NCBI GenBank assembly: GCA_964016885.1
Contig: OZ024741.1
Location: forward strand, 13,950,001-14,014,000
Direction of reading: 5' to 3'
Source: Eledone cirrhosa
Taxonomy: Eukaryota
DNA length: 64,000 nucleotides
Shown: positions 38,801 to 53,800 of the stretch, in pieces
Numbering within the stretch: the stretch's first letter is position 1
Layout of the letters: each line of letters opens with the position of its first letter
Position numbers and translations under genes: made by a program
Notes under the pieces: generated by a model
What the model saw: only the letters and a program-made list of their open reading frames with translations
The model's database searches: none
Told to the model about the DNA's origin: nothing

Positions 38801-41800
38801 TTAGTAGCTAGGGTGTGGAGTACCACCATTATACTGTGGTTCAGTAACTAGGGTGTGGAGTACCACCATAATACTGTGGTTTAGTAGCTAGGGTGTGGAG
38901 TACCACCATAATACTGTGGTTTAGTAACTAGGGTGTGGAGTACCACCATAATACTGTGATTTAGTAGCTAGGGTGTGGAGTACCACCATAATACTGTTGT
39001 TTAGTAGCTAGGGTGTGGAGTACCACCATAATACTATGGTTTAGCAGCTAGGGTGTGGAGTACCACCATAATACTGTGGTTTAGTAACTAGGGTGTGGAC
39101 TACCACCATAATACTGTGGTTTTGTAACCAGGGTGTGGAGTACTACCATAATACTGTGGTTTAGTAGCTAGGGTGTGGAGTACCACCATAATACTGTGGT
39201 TTAGTAGCTAGGGTGTGGAGTACCACCATAATACTGTTATTTAGTAGCTAGGGTGTGGAGTACACCATCATACTGTAATTTAGTAGCTAGAGTGTGGAGT
39301 ACCACCATAATACTGTGGATTAGTAGCTAGGGTGTGGAGTACACCATAATACAGTGGTTTAGTAACTAGGGTGTGGAATACCACCATAATACTGTGGTTT
39401 AGTAACTAGGGTGTGGAGTACCACCATAATACTGTGGTTTAGTAACTAGGGTGTGGAGTACCACCATAATACTGTGGTTTAGTGGCTAGGCTGTGGAGTA
39501 CCACCATAATACTGTGGTTTAGTAACTAGGGTGTGGAGTACCACCATAATACTGTGGTTTAGTAGCTAGGGTGTGGAGTACCACCATAATACTGTGGTTT
39601 AGTAACTAGGATGTGGAGTACCACCATAATACTGTGGTTTAGTAACTAGGGTGTGGAGTACCACCATAATACTGTGGTTTAGTAGCTAGGGTGTGGAGTA
39701 CCACCATAATACTGTGGTTTAGTAACTAGGGGGTGGAGTACCACCATAATACTGTGGTTTAGTAGCTAGGGTGTGGAGTACCACCATAATACTGTGGTTT
39801 AGTAACTAGGGTGTGGTGTACCACCATAATACTGTGGTTTAGTTGCTAGGGTGTGGAGTACCACCATAATACTGTGGTTTAGTAACTAGGATGTGGAGTA
39901 CCACCATAATACTGTGGTTTAGTAACTAGGGTGTGGAATACCACCATAATACTGTGGTTTACTAGTTAGGTGTGATGTACCACCATAATACTGTGGTTTA
40001 GTAACTAGGGTGTGGAGTACCACCATAATACTGTGGTTTAGTAGCTAGGGTGTGGAGTACACCATAATACTGTGGTTTAGTAACTAGGGTGTAGAGTACC
40101 ACCATAATACTGTGGTTTAGTAACTAGGGTGTGGAGTACCACCATAATACTGTGGTTTAGTAGCTAGGGTGTGGAGTACACCATAATACTATGGTTTAGT
40201 AACTAGGGTGTGGAGTACCACCATAATACTGTGGTTTAGTAACTAGGGTGTGGAGTACCACCATAATACTGTGGTTTAGTAGCTAGGGTGTGGAGTACAA
40301 CCATAATACTGTGGTTTAGTAACTAGGGTGTGGAGTACCACCATAATACTGTGGTTTAGTAGCTAGGGTGTGGAATACCACCATAATACTGTGGTTTAGT
40401 AACTAGGGTGTGGAGTACCACCATAATACTGTGGTTTAGTAGCTAGGGTGTGGAGTACACCATAATAGAGTGGTTTAGTAACTAGGGTGTGGAATACCAC
40501 CATAATACTGTGGTTTGGTAACTAGGGTGTGGAGTACCACCATAATACTGGTTTAGTAGCTAGGGTGTGGAGTACCACCGTAATACTGTGGTTTAGTAGC
40601 TAGGGTGTGGAGTACCACCGTAATACTGTGGTTTAGTAGCTAGGGTGTGGAGTACCACCATAATACTGTGGTTTAGTAACTAGGGTGTGGAATACCACCA
40701 TAATACTGTGGTTTAGCAACTAGAGTGTGGAGTACCACCATAATACTGTGGTTTAGTAGCTAGGGTGTGGAGTACCACCATAATACTGTGGTTTAGTAAC
40801 TAGGGTGTGGAGTACCACCATAATATTGTGGTTTAGTAACTAGGGTGTGGAGTACCACCATAATACTGTGGTTTAGTAACTAGGGTGTCGAGTACCACCA
40901 CAATACTGTGATTTAGTAACTAGGGTGTGGAGTACCACGATAATACTGTGGTTTAGTAACTAGGGTGTGGAGTACCACCATAATACTGTGGTTTAGTAGC
41001 TAGGGTGTGGAGTACACCATAATACTGTGGTTTAGTAACTAGGGTGTGGAGTACCACCATAATACTGTGGTTTAGTAACTAGGATGTGGAGTACCACCAT
41101 AATACTGTGGTTTAGTAACTAGGGTGTGGAGTACACCATAATACTGTGGTTTAGTAACTAGGGTGTCGAGTACCACCATAATACTGTGGTTTAGTAACTA
41201 GGGTGTGGAATACCACCATAATACTGTGGTTTAGTAGCTAGGGTGTGGAGTACCACCATAATACTGTGGTTTAGTAACTAGGGTGTGGAGTACCACCATA
41301 ATACTGTGATTTAGTAGCTAGGGTGTGGAGTACCACCATAATACTGTTGTTTAGTAGCTAGGGTGTGGAGTACACCATAATACTGTGGTTTAGTAGCTAG
41401 AGTGTGGAGTACCACCATAATACTGTGGTTTAGTAGCTAGGGTGTGGAGTACACCATAATACAGTGGTTTAGTAACTAGGGTGTGGAATACCACCATAAT
41501 ACTGTGGTTTAGTAACTAGGGTGTGGAGTACCACCATAATACTGGTTTAGTAGCTAGGGTGTGGAGTACCACCGTAATACTGTGGTTTAGTAGGTAGGGT
41601 GTGGAGTACCACCGTAATACTGTGGTTTAGTAGCTAGGGTGTGGAGTACCACCATAATACTGTGGTTTAGTATCTAGGGTGTGGACTACCACCATAATAC
41701 TGTGGTTTAGTAACTAGAGTGTGGAGTACCACCATAATACTGTGGTTCAGTAACTAGGGTGTGGAGTACCACCATAATACTGTGGTTTAGTAGCTAGGGT

Positions 41801-44800
41801 GTGGAGTACACCATAATACTGTGGTTTAGTAACTAGGGTGTAGAGTACCACCATAATACTGTGGTTTAGTAACTAGGGTGTGGAGTACCACCATAATACT
41901 GTGGTTTAGTAGCTAGGGTGTGGAGTACACCATAATACTGTGGTTTAGTAACTAGGGTGTGGAGTACCACCATAATACTGTGGTTTAGTAACTAGGGTGT
42001 GGAGTACCACCATAATACTGTGGTTTAGTAGCTAGGGTGTGGAGTACACCATAATACAGTGGTTTAGTAACTAGGGTGTGCAATACCACCATAATACTGT
42101 GGTTTAGTAACTAGGGTGTGGAGTACCACCATAATACTGTGGTTTAGTAACTAGGGTGTGGAGTACCACCATAATACTGTGGTTTAGTAGCTAGGGTGTG
42201 GAGTACCACCATAATACTGTGGTTTAGTAACTAGTGTGTGGAGTACCACCATAATACTGTGGTTTAGTAGCTAGGGTGTGGAGTACCACCATAATACTGT
42301 GGTTTAGTAACTAGGGTGTGGAGTACCACCATAATACTGTGGTTTAGTAACTAGGGTGTGGAGTACCACCATAATATTGTGGTTTAGTAGCTAGGGTGTG
42401 GAGTACCACCATAATACTGTGGTTTAGTAACTAGGGGGTGGAGTACCACCATAATACTGTGGTTTAGTAGCTAGGGTGTGGAGTACCACCATAATACTGT
42501 GGTTTAGTAACTAGGGTGTGGTGTACCACCATAATACTGTGGTTTAGTTGCTAGGGTGTGGAGTACCACCATAATACTGTGGATAGTAACTAGGATGTGA
42601 GGTACCAACATAATACTGTGGTTTAGTAACTAGGGTGTGGAATACCACCATAATACTGTAGTTTAGTAGCTCGGTGTGATGTACCACCATAATACTGTGG
42701 TTTAGTAACTAGGGTGTGGAATACCACCATAATACTGTAGTTTAGTAGCTCGGTGTGATGTACCACCATAATACTGTGGTTTAGTAACTAGGGTGTGGAG
42801 TACCACCATAATACTGTGGTTTAGTAGCTAGGGTGTGGAGTACACCATAATACTGTGGTTTAGTAACTAGGTTGTAGAGTACCACCATAATACTGTGGTT
42901 TAGTAACTAGGGTGTGGAGTACCACCATAATACTGTGGTTTAGAAGCTAGGGTGTGGAGTACACCATAATACTGTGGTTTAGTAACTAGGGTGTGGAGTA
43001 CCACCATAATACTGTGGTTTAGTAACTAGGGTGTGGAGTACCACCATAATACTGTGGTTTAGTAGCTAGGGTGTGGAGTACCACCATAATACTGTGGTTC
43101 AGTAACTAGGGTGTGGAATACCACCATAATACTGTGGTTTAGTAGCTAGGGTGTGGAGTACCACCATAATACTTTGTTCAGTAACTAGGGTGTGGAGTAC
43201 CACCATAATACTGTGGTTTAGTAACTAGGGTGTGAAGTACAACCATAATACTGTGATTTAGTAACTAGGGTGGGGAGTACCACCATAATACTGTGGTTTA
43301 GTAGCTAGGGTGTGGAGTACCACCATAATACTGTGGTTTAGTAGCTAGGGTGTGGAGTACCACCATAATACTGTGGTTTAGTAGCTAGGGTGTGGAGTAC
43401 CACCATAATACTGTGGTTTAGTAACTAGTGTGTGGAGTACCACCATAATACTGTGATTTAGTAGTTAGGGTGTGGAGTACCACCATAATACTGTTGTTTA
43501 GTAGCTAGGGTGTGGAGTACCACCGTAATACTATGGTTTAGTAGCTAGGGTGTGGAGTACCACCATAATACTGTGGTTTAGTAACTAGGGTGTGGACTAC
43601 CACCATAATACTGTGGTTTAGTAACTAGAGTGTGGAGTACCACCATAATACTGTGGTTTAGTAACTAGGGTGTGGAGTACCACCATAATACTGTGGTTTA
43701 GTAGCTAGGGTGTGGAGTACCACCATAATACTGTGGTTTAGTAACTAGGGTGTGGAGTACCACCATAATACTGTGATTTAGTAGCTAGGGTGTGGAGTAC
43801 CACCATAATACTGTTGTTTAGTAGCTAGGGTGTGGAGTACACCATCATACTGTGGTTTAGTAGCTAGAGTTTGGAGTACCACCATAATACTGTGGATTAG
43901 TAGCTAGGGTGTGGAGTACACCATCATACTGTGGTTTAGTAGCTAGGGTGTGCAATACCACCATAATACTGTGGTTTAGTAACTAGGGTGTGGAGTACCA
44001 CCATAATACTGTGGTTTAGTAACTAGGGTGTGGAGTACCACCATAATACTGTGGTTTAGTAGCTAGGGTGTGGAGTACCACCATAATACTGTGGTTTAGT
44101 AACTAGTGTGTGGAGTACCACCATAATACTGTGGTTTAGTAGCTAGGGTGTGGAGTACCACCATAATACTGTGGTTTAGTAACTAGGGTGTGGAGTACCA
44201 CCATAATACTGTGGTTTAGTAACTAGGGTGTGGAGTACCACCATAATATTGTGGTTTAGTAGCTAGGGTGTGGAGTACCACCATAATACTGTGGTTTAGT
44301 AACTAGGGGGTGGAGTACCACCATAATACTGTGGTTTAGTAGCTAGGGTGTGGAGTACCACCATAATACTGTGGTTTAGTAACTAGGGTGTGGTGTACCA
44401 CCATAATACTGTGGTTTAGTTGCTAGGGTGTGGAGTACCACCATAATACTGTGGATAGTAACTAGGATGTGAGGTACCAACATAATACTGTGGTTTAGTA
44501 ACTAGGGTGTGGAATACCACCATAATACTGTAGTTTAGTAGCTCGGTGTGATGTACCACCATAATACTGTGGTTTAGTAACTAGGGTGTGGAGTACCACC
44601 ATAATACTGTGGTTTAGTAGCTAGGGTGTGGAGTACCACCATAATACTGTGGTTTAGTAGCTAGGGTGTGGAGTACACCATAATACTGTGGTTTAGTAAC
44701 TAGGGTGTAGAGTACCACCATAATACTGTGGTTTAGTAACTAGGGTGTGGAGTACCACCATAATACTGTGGTTTAGTAGCTAGGGTGTGGAGTACACCAT

Positions 44801-47800
44801 AATACTGTGGTTTAGTAACTAGGGTGTGGAGTACCACCATAATACTGTGGTTTAGTAACTAGGGTGTGGAGTACCACCATAATACTGTGGTTTAGTAGCT
44901 AGGGTGTGGAGTACCACCATAATACTGTGGTTTAGTAACTAGGGTGTGGAGTACCACCATAATACTGTGATTTAGTAGCTAGGGTGTGGAGTACCACCAT
45001 AATACTGTTGTTTAGTAGCTAGGGTGTGGAGTACACCATCATACTGTGGTTTAGTAGCTAGAGTGTGGAGTACCACCATAATACTGTGGTTTAGTAGCTA
45101 GGGTGTGGAGTACACCATAATACAGTGGTTTAGTAACTAGGGTGTGCAATACCACCATAATACTGTGGTTTAGTAACTAGGGTGTGGAGTACCACCATAA
45201 TACTGTGGTTTAGTAACTAGGGTGTGGAGTACCACCATAATACTGTGGTTTAGTAGCTAGGGTGTGGAGTACCACCATAATACTGTGGTTTAGTAACTAG
45301 TGTGTGGAGTACCACCATAATACTGTGGTTTAGTAGCTAGGGTGTGGAGTACCACCATAATACTGTGGTTTAGTAACTAGGGTGTGGAGTACCACCATAA
45401 TACTGTGGTTTAGTAACTAGGGTGTGGAGTACCACCATAATATTGTGGTTTAGTAGCTAGGGTGTGGAGTACCACCATAATACTGTGGTTTAGTAACTAG
45501 GGGGTGGAGTACCACCATAATACTGTGGTTTAGTAGCTAGGGTGTGGAGTACCACCATAATACTGTGGTTTAGTAACTAGGGTGTGGTGTACCACCATAA
45601 TACTGTGGTTTAGTTGCTAGGGTGTGGAGTACCACCATAATACTGTGGATAGTAACTAGGATGTGAGGTACCAACATAATACTGTGGTTTAGTAACTAGG
45701 GTGTGGAATACCACCATAATACTGTAGTTTAGTAGCTCGGTGTGATGTACCACCATAATACTGTGGTTTAGTAACTAGGGTGTGGAGTACCACCATAATA
45801 CTGTGGTTTAGTAGCTAGGGTGTGGAGTACACCATAATACTGTGGTTTAGTAACTAGGTTGTAGAGTACCACCATAATACTGTGGTTTAGTAACTAGGGT
45901 GTGGAGTACCACCATAATACTGTGGTTTAGAAGCTAGGGTGTGGAGTACACCATAATACTGTGGTTTAGTAACTAGGGTGTGGAGTACCACCATAATACT
46001 GTGGTTTAGTAACTAGGGTGTGGAGTACCACCATAATACTGTGCTTTAGTAGCTAGGGTGTGGAGTACCACCATAATACTGTGGTTCAGTAACTAGGGTG
46101 TGGAATACCACCATAATACTGTGGTTTAGTAGCTAGGGTGTGGAGTACCACCATAATACTTTGTTCAGTAACTAGGGTGTGGAGTACCACCATAATACTG
46201 TGGTTTAGTAACTAGGGTGTGAAGTACAACCATAATACTGTGATTTAGTAACTAGGGTGGGGAGTACCACCATAATACTGTGGTTTAGTAGCTAGGGTGT
46301 GGAGTACCACCATAATACTGTGGTTTAGTAGCTAGGGTGTGGAGTACCACCATAATACTGTGGTTTAGTAGCTAGGGTGTGGAGTACCACCATAATACTG
46401 TGGTTTAGTAACTAGTGTGTGGAGTACCACCATAATACTGTGATTTAGTAGTTAGGGTGTGGAGTACCACCATAATACTGTTGTTTAGTAGCTAGGGTGT
46501 GGAGTACCACCGTAATACTATGGTTTAGTAGCTAGGGTGTGGAGTACCACCATAATACTGTGGTTTAGTAACTAGGGTGTGGACTACCACCATAATACTG
46601 TGGTTTAGTAACTAGAGTGTGGAGTACCACCATAATACTGTGGTTTAGTAACTAGGGTGTGGAGTACCACCATAATACTGTGGTTTAGTAGCTAGGGTGT
46701 GGAGTACCACCATAATACTGTGGTTTAGTAACTAGGGTGTGGAGTACCACCATAATACTGTGATTTAGTAGCTAGGGTGTGGAGTACCACCATAATACTG
46801 TTGTTTAGTAGCTAGGGTGTGGAGTACACCATCATACTGTGGTTTAGTAGCTAGAGTGTGGAGTACCACCATAATACTGTGGTTTAGTAGCTAGGGTGTG
46901 GAGTACACCATCATACTGTGGTTTAGTAGCTAGGGTGTGCAATACCACCATAATACTGTGGTTTAGTAACTAGGGTGTGGAGTACCACCATAATACTGTG
47001 GTTTAGTAACTAGGGTGTGGAGTACCACCATAATACTGTGGTTTAGTAGCTAGGGTGTGGAGTACCACCATAATACTGTGGTTTAGTAACTAGTGTGTGG
47101 AGTACCACCATAATACTGTGGTTTAGTAGCTAGGGTGTGGAGTACCACCATAATACTGTGGTTTAGTAACTAGGGTGTGGAGTACCACCATAATACTGTG
47201 GTTTAGTAACTAGGGTGTGGAGTACCACCATAATATTGTGGTTTAGTAGCTAGGGTGTGGAGTACCACCATAATACTGTGGTTTAGTAACTAGGGGGTGG
47301 AGTACCACCATAATACTGTGGTTTAGTAGCTAGGGTGTGGAGTACCACCATAATACTGTGGTTTAGTAACTAGGGTGTGGTGTACCACCATAATACTGTG
47401 GTTTAGTTGCTAGGGTGTGGAGTACCACCATAATACTGTGGATAGTAACTAGGATGTGAGGTACCAACATAATACTGTGGTTTAGTAACTAGGGTGTGGA
47501 ATACCACCATAATACTGTAGTTTAGTAGCTCGGTGTGATGTACCACCATAATACTGTGGTTTAGTAACTAGGGTGTGGAGTACCACCATAATACTGTGGT
47601 TTAGTAGCTAGGGTGTGGAGTACACCATAATACTGTGGTTTAGTAACTAGGTTGTAGAGTACCACCATAATACTGTGGTTTAGTAACTAGGGTGTGGAGT
47701 ACCACCATAATACTGTGGTTTAGAAGCTAGGGTGTGGAGTACACCATAATACTGTGGTTTAGTAACTAGGGTGTGGAGTACCACCATAATACTGTGGTTT

Positions 47801-50800
47801 AGTAACTAGGGTGTGGAGTACCACCATAATACTGTGGTTTAGTAGCTAGGGTGTGGAGTACCACCATAATACTGTGGTTCAGTAACTAGGGTGTGGAATA
47901 CCACCATAATACTGTGGTTTAGTAGCTAGGGTGTGGAGTACCACAATAATACTTTGTTCAGTAACTAGGGTGTGGAGTACCACCATAATACTGTGGTTTA
48001 GTAACTAGGGTGTGAAGTACAACCATAATACTGTGATTTAGTAACTAGGGTGGGGAGTACCACCATAATACTGTGGTTTAGTAGCTAGGGTGTGGAGTAC
48101 CACCATAATACTGTGGTTTAGTAGCTAGGGTGTGGAGTACCACCATAATACTGTGGTTTAGTAGCTAGGGTGTGGAGTACCACCATAATACTGTGGTTTA
48201 GTAACTAGTGTGTGGAGTACCACCATAATACTGTGATTTAGTATTTAGGGTGTGGAGTACCACCATAATACTGTTGTTTAGTAGCTAGGGTGTGGAGTAC
48301 CACCGTAATACTATGGTTTAGTAGCTAGGGTGTGGAGTACCACCATAATACTGTGGTTTAGTAACTAGGGTGTGGACTACCACCATAATACTGTGGTTTA
48401 GTAACTAGAGTGTGGAGTACCACCATAATACTGTGGTTTAGTAACTAGGGTGTGGAGTACCACCATAATACTGTGGTTTAGTAGCTAGGGTGTGGAGTAC
48501 CACCATAATACTGTGGTTTAGTAACTAGGGTGTGGAGTACCACCATAATACTGTGATTTAGTAGCTAGGGTGTGGAGTACCACCATAATACTGTTGTTTA
48601 GTAGCTAGGGTGTGGAGTACACCATCATACTGTGGTTTAGTAGCTAGAGTGTGGAGTACCACCATAATACTGTGGTTTAGTAGCTAGGGTGTGGAGTACA
48701 CCATAATACAGTGGTTTAGTAACTAGGGTGTGGAATACCACCATAATACTGTGGTTTAGTAACTAGGGTGTGGAGTACCACCATAATACTGTGGTTTAGT
48801 AACTAGCGTGTGGAGTACCACCATAATACTGTGGTTTAGTGGCTAGGGTGTGGAGTACCACCATAATACTGTGGTTTAGTAACTAGGGTGTGGAGTACCA
48901 CCATAATACTGTGGTTTAGTAGCTAGGGTGTGGAGTACCACCATAATACTGTGGTTTAGTAACTAGGATGTGGAGTACCACCATAATACTGTGGTTTAGT
49001 AACTAGGGTGTGGAGTACCACCATAATACTGTGGTTTAGTAACTAGGGTGTGGAGTACCACCATAATACTGTGGTTTAGTAACTAGGGTGTGGAGTACCA
49101 CCATAATACTGTGGTTTAGTAGCTAGGGTGTGGAGTACCACCATAATACTGTGGTTTAGTAACTAGTGTGTGGAGTACCACCATAATACTGTGGTTTAGT
49201 AGCTAGGGTGTGGAGTACCACCATAATACTGTGGTTTAGTAACTAGGGTGTGGAGTACCACCATAATACTGTGGTTTAGTAACTAGGGTGTGGAGTACCA
49301 CCATAATATTGTGGTTTAGTAGCTAGGGTGTGGAGTACCACCATAATACTGTGGTTTAGTAACTAGGGGGTGGAGTACCACCATAATACTGTGGTTTAGT
49401 AGCTAGGGTGTGGAGTACCACCATAATACTGTGGTTTAGTAACTAGGGTGTGGTGTACCACCATAATACTGTGGTTTAGTTGCTAGGGTGTGGAGTACCA
49501 CCATAATACTGTGGATAGTAACTAGGATGTGAGGTACCAACATAATACTGTGGTTTAGTAACTAGGGTGTGGAATACCACCATAATACTGTAGTTTAGTA
49601 GCTCGGTGTGATGTACCACCATAATACTGTGGTTTAGTAACTAGGGTGTGGAGTACCACCATAATACTGTGGTTTAGTAGCTAGGGTGTGGAGTACACCA
49701 TAATACTGTGGTTTAGTAACTAGGTTGTAGAGTACCACCATAATACTGTGGTTTAGTAACTAGGGTGTGGAGTACCACCATAATACTGTGGTTTAGAAGC
49801 TAGGGTGTGGAGTACACCATAATACTGTGGTTTAGTAACTAGGGTGTGGAGTACCACCATAATACTGTGGTTTAGTAACTAGGGTGTGGAGTACCACCAT
49901 AATACTGTGGTTTAGTAGCTAGGGTGTGGAGTACCACCATAATACTGTGGTTCAGTAACTAGGGTGTGGAGTACCACCATAATACTGTGGTTTAGTAGCT
50001 AGGGTGTGGAGTACCACCATAATACTTTGTTCAGTAACTAGGGTGTGGAGTACCACCATAATACTGTGGTTTAGTAACTAGGGTGTGAAGTACAACCATA
50101 ATACTGTGATTTAGTAACTAGGGTGGGGAGTACCACCATAATACTGTGGTTTAGTAGCTAGGGTGTGGAGTACCACCATAATACTGTGGTTTAGTAGCTA
50201 GGGTGTGGAGTACCACCATAATACTGTGGTTTAGTAGCTAGGGTGTGGAGTACCACCATAATACTGTGGTTTAGTAGCTAGGGTGTGGAGTACACCATAA
50301 TACTGTGGTTTAGTAACTAGGTTGTAGAGTACCACCATAATACTGTGGTTTAGTAACTAGGGTGTGGAGTACCACCATAATACTGTGGTTTAGAAGCTAG
50401 GGTGTGGAGTACACCATAATACTGTGGTTTAGTAACTAGGGTGTGGAGTACCACCATAATACTGTGGTTTAGAAGCTAGGGTGTGGAGTACACCATAATA
50501 CTGTGGTTTAGTAACTAGGGTGTGGAGTACCACCATAATACTGTGGTTTAGTAACTAGGGTGTGGAGTACCACCATAATACTGTGGTTTAGTAGCTAGGG
50601 TGTGGAGTACCACCATAATACTGTGGTTCAGTAACTAGGGTGTGGAATACCACCATAATACTGTGGTTTAGTAGCTAGGGTGTGGAGTACCACCATAATA
50701 CTTTGTTCAGTAACTAGGGTGTGGAGTACCACCATAATACTGTGGTTTAGTAACTAGGGTGTGAAGTACAACCATAATACTGTGATTTAGTAACTAGGGT

Positions 50801-53800
50801 GGGGAGTACCACCATAATACTGTGGTTTAGTAGCTAGGGTGTGGAGTACCACCATAATACTGTGGTTTAGTAGCTAGGGTGTGGAGTACCACCATAATAC
50901 TGTGGTTTAGTAGCTAGGGTGTGGAGTACCACCATAATACTGTGGTTTAGTAACTAGTGTGTGGAGTACCACCATAATACTGTGATTTAGTAGTTAGGGT
51001 GTGGAGTACCACCATAATACTGTTGTTTAGTAGCTAGGGTGTGGAGTACCACCGTAATACTATGGTTTAGTAGCTAGGGTGTGGAGTACCACCATAATAC
51101 TGTGGTTTAGTAACTAGGGTGTGGACTACCACCATAATACTGTGGTTTAGTAACTAGAGTGTGGAGTACCACCATAATACTGTGGTTTAGTAACTAGGGT
51201 GTGGAGTACCACCATAATACTGTGGTTTAGTAGCTAGGGTGTGGAGTACCACCATAATACTGTGGTTTAGTAACTAGGGTGTGGAGTACCACCATAATAC
51301 TGTGATTTAGTAGCTAGGGTGTGGAGTACCACCATAATACTGTTGTTTAGTAGCTAGGGTGTGGAGTACACCATCATACTGTGGTTTAGTAGCTAGAGTT
51401 TGGAGTACCACCATAATACTGTGGTTTAGTAGCTAGGGTGTGGAGTACACCATCATACTGTGGTTTAGTAGCTAGGGTGTGCAATACCACCATAATACTG
51501 TGGTTTAGTAACTAGGGTGTGGAGTACCACCATAATACTGTGGTTTAGTAACTAGGGTGTGGAGTACCACCATAATACTGTGGTTTAGTAGCTAGGGTGT
51601 GGAGTACCACCATAATACTGTGGTTTAGTAACTAGTGTGTGGAGTACCACCATAATACTGTGGTTTAGTAGCTAGGGTGTGGAGTACCACCATAATACTG
51701 TGGTTTAGTAACTAGGGTGTGGAGTACCACCATAATACTGTGGTTTAGTAACTAGGGTGTGGAGTACCACCATAATATTGTGGTTTAGTAGCTAGGGTGT
51801 GGAGTACCACCATAATACTGTGGTTTAGTAACTAGGGGGTGGAGTACCACCATAATACTGTGGTTTAGTAGCTAGGGTGTGGAGTACCACCATAATACTG
51901 TGGTTTAGTAACTAGGGTGTGGTGTACCACCATAATACTGTGGTTTAGTTGCTAGGGTGTGGAGTACCACCATAATACTGTGGATAGTAACTAGGATGTG
52001 AGGTACCAACATAATACTGTGGTTTAGTAACTAGGGTGTGGAATACCACCATAATACTGTAGTTTAGTAGCTCGGTGTGATGTACCACCATAATACTGTG
52101 GTTTAGTAACTAGGGTGTGGAGTACCACCATAATACTGTGGTTTAGTAGCTAGGGTGTGGAGTACCACCATAATACTGTGGTTTAGTAGCTAGGGTGTGG
52201 AGTACACCATAATACTGTGGTTTAGTAACTAGGGTGTAGAGTACCACCATAATACTGTGGTTTAGTAACTAGGGTGTGGAGTACCACCATAATACTGTGG
52301 TTTAGTAGCTAGGGTGTGGAGTACACCATAATACTGTGGTTTAGTAACTAGGGTGTGGAGTACCACCATAATACTGTGGTTTAGTAACTAGGGTGTGGAG
52401 TACCACCATAATACTGTGGTTTAGTAGCTAGGGTGTGGAGTACCACCATAATACTGTGGTTTAGTAACTAGGGTGTGGAGTACCACCATAATACTGTGAT
52501 TTAGTAGCTAGGGTGTGGAGTACCACCATAATACTGTTGTTTAGTAGCTAGGGTGTGGAGTACACCATCATACTGTGGTTTAGTAGCTAGAGTGTGGAGT
52601 ACCACCATAATACTGTGGTTTAGTAGCTAGGGTGTGGAGTACACCATAATACAGTGGTTTAGTAACTAGGGTGTGCAATACCACCATAATACTGTGGTTT
52701 AGTAACTAGGGTGTGGAGTACCACCATAATACTGTGGTTTAGTAACTAGGGTGTGGAGTACCACCATAATACTGTGGTTTAGTAGCTAGGGTGTGGAGTA
52801 CCACCATAATACTGTGGTTTAGTAACTAGTGTGTGGAGTACCACCATAATACTGTGGTTTAGTAGCTAGGGTGTGGAGTACCACCATAATACTGTGGTTT
52901 AGTAACTAGGGTGTGGAGTACCACCATAATACTGTGGTTTAGTAACTAGGGTGTGGAGTACCACCATAATATTGTGGTTTAGTAGCTAGGGTGTGGAGTA
53001 CCACCATAATACTGTGGTTTAGTAACTAGGGGGTGGAGTACCACCATAATACTGTGGTTTAGTAGCTAGGGTGTGGAGTACCACCATAATACTGTGGTTT
53101 AGTAACTAGGGTGTGGTGTACCACCATAATACTGTGGTTTAGTTGCTAGGGTGTGGAGTACCACCATAATACTGTGGATAGTAACTAGGATGTGAGGTAC
53201 CAACATAATACTGTGGTTTAGTAACTAGGGTGTGGAATACCACCATAATACTGTAGTTTAGTAGCTCGGTGTGATGTACCACCATAATACTGTGGTTTAG
53301 TAACTAGGGTGTGGAGTACCACCATAATACTGTGGTTTAGTAGCTAGGGTGTGGAGTACACCATAATACTGTGGTTTAGTAACTAGGTTGTAGAGTACCA
53401 CCATAATACTGTGGTTTAGTAACTAGGGTGTGGAGTACCACCATAATACTGTGGTTTAGAAGCTAGGGTGTGGAGTACACCATAATACTGTGGTTTAGTA
53501 ACTAGGGTGTGGAGTACCACCATAATACTGTGGTTTAGTAACTAGGGTGTGGAGTACCACCATAATACTGTGCTTTAGTAGCTAGGGTGTGGAGTACCAC
53601 CATAATACTGTGGTTCAGTAACTAGGGTGTGGAATACCACCATAATACTGTGGTTTAGTAGCTAGGGTGTGGAGTACCACCATAATACTTTGTTCAGTAA
53701 CTAGGGTGTGGAGTACCACCATAATACTGTGGTTTAGTAACTAGGGTGTGAAGTACAACCATAATACTGTGATTTAGTAACTAGGGTGGGGAGTACCACC

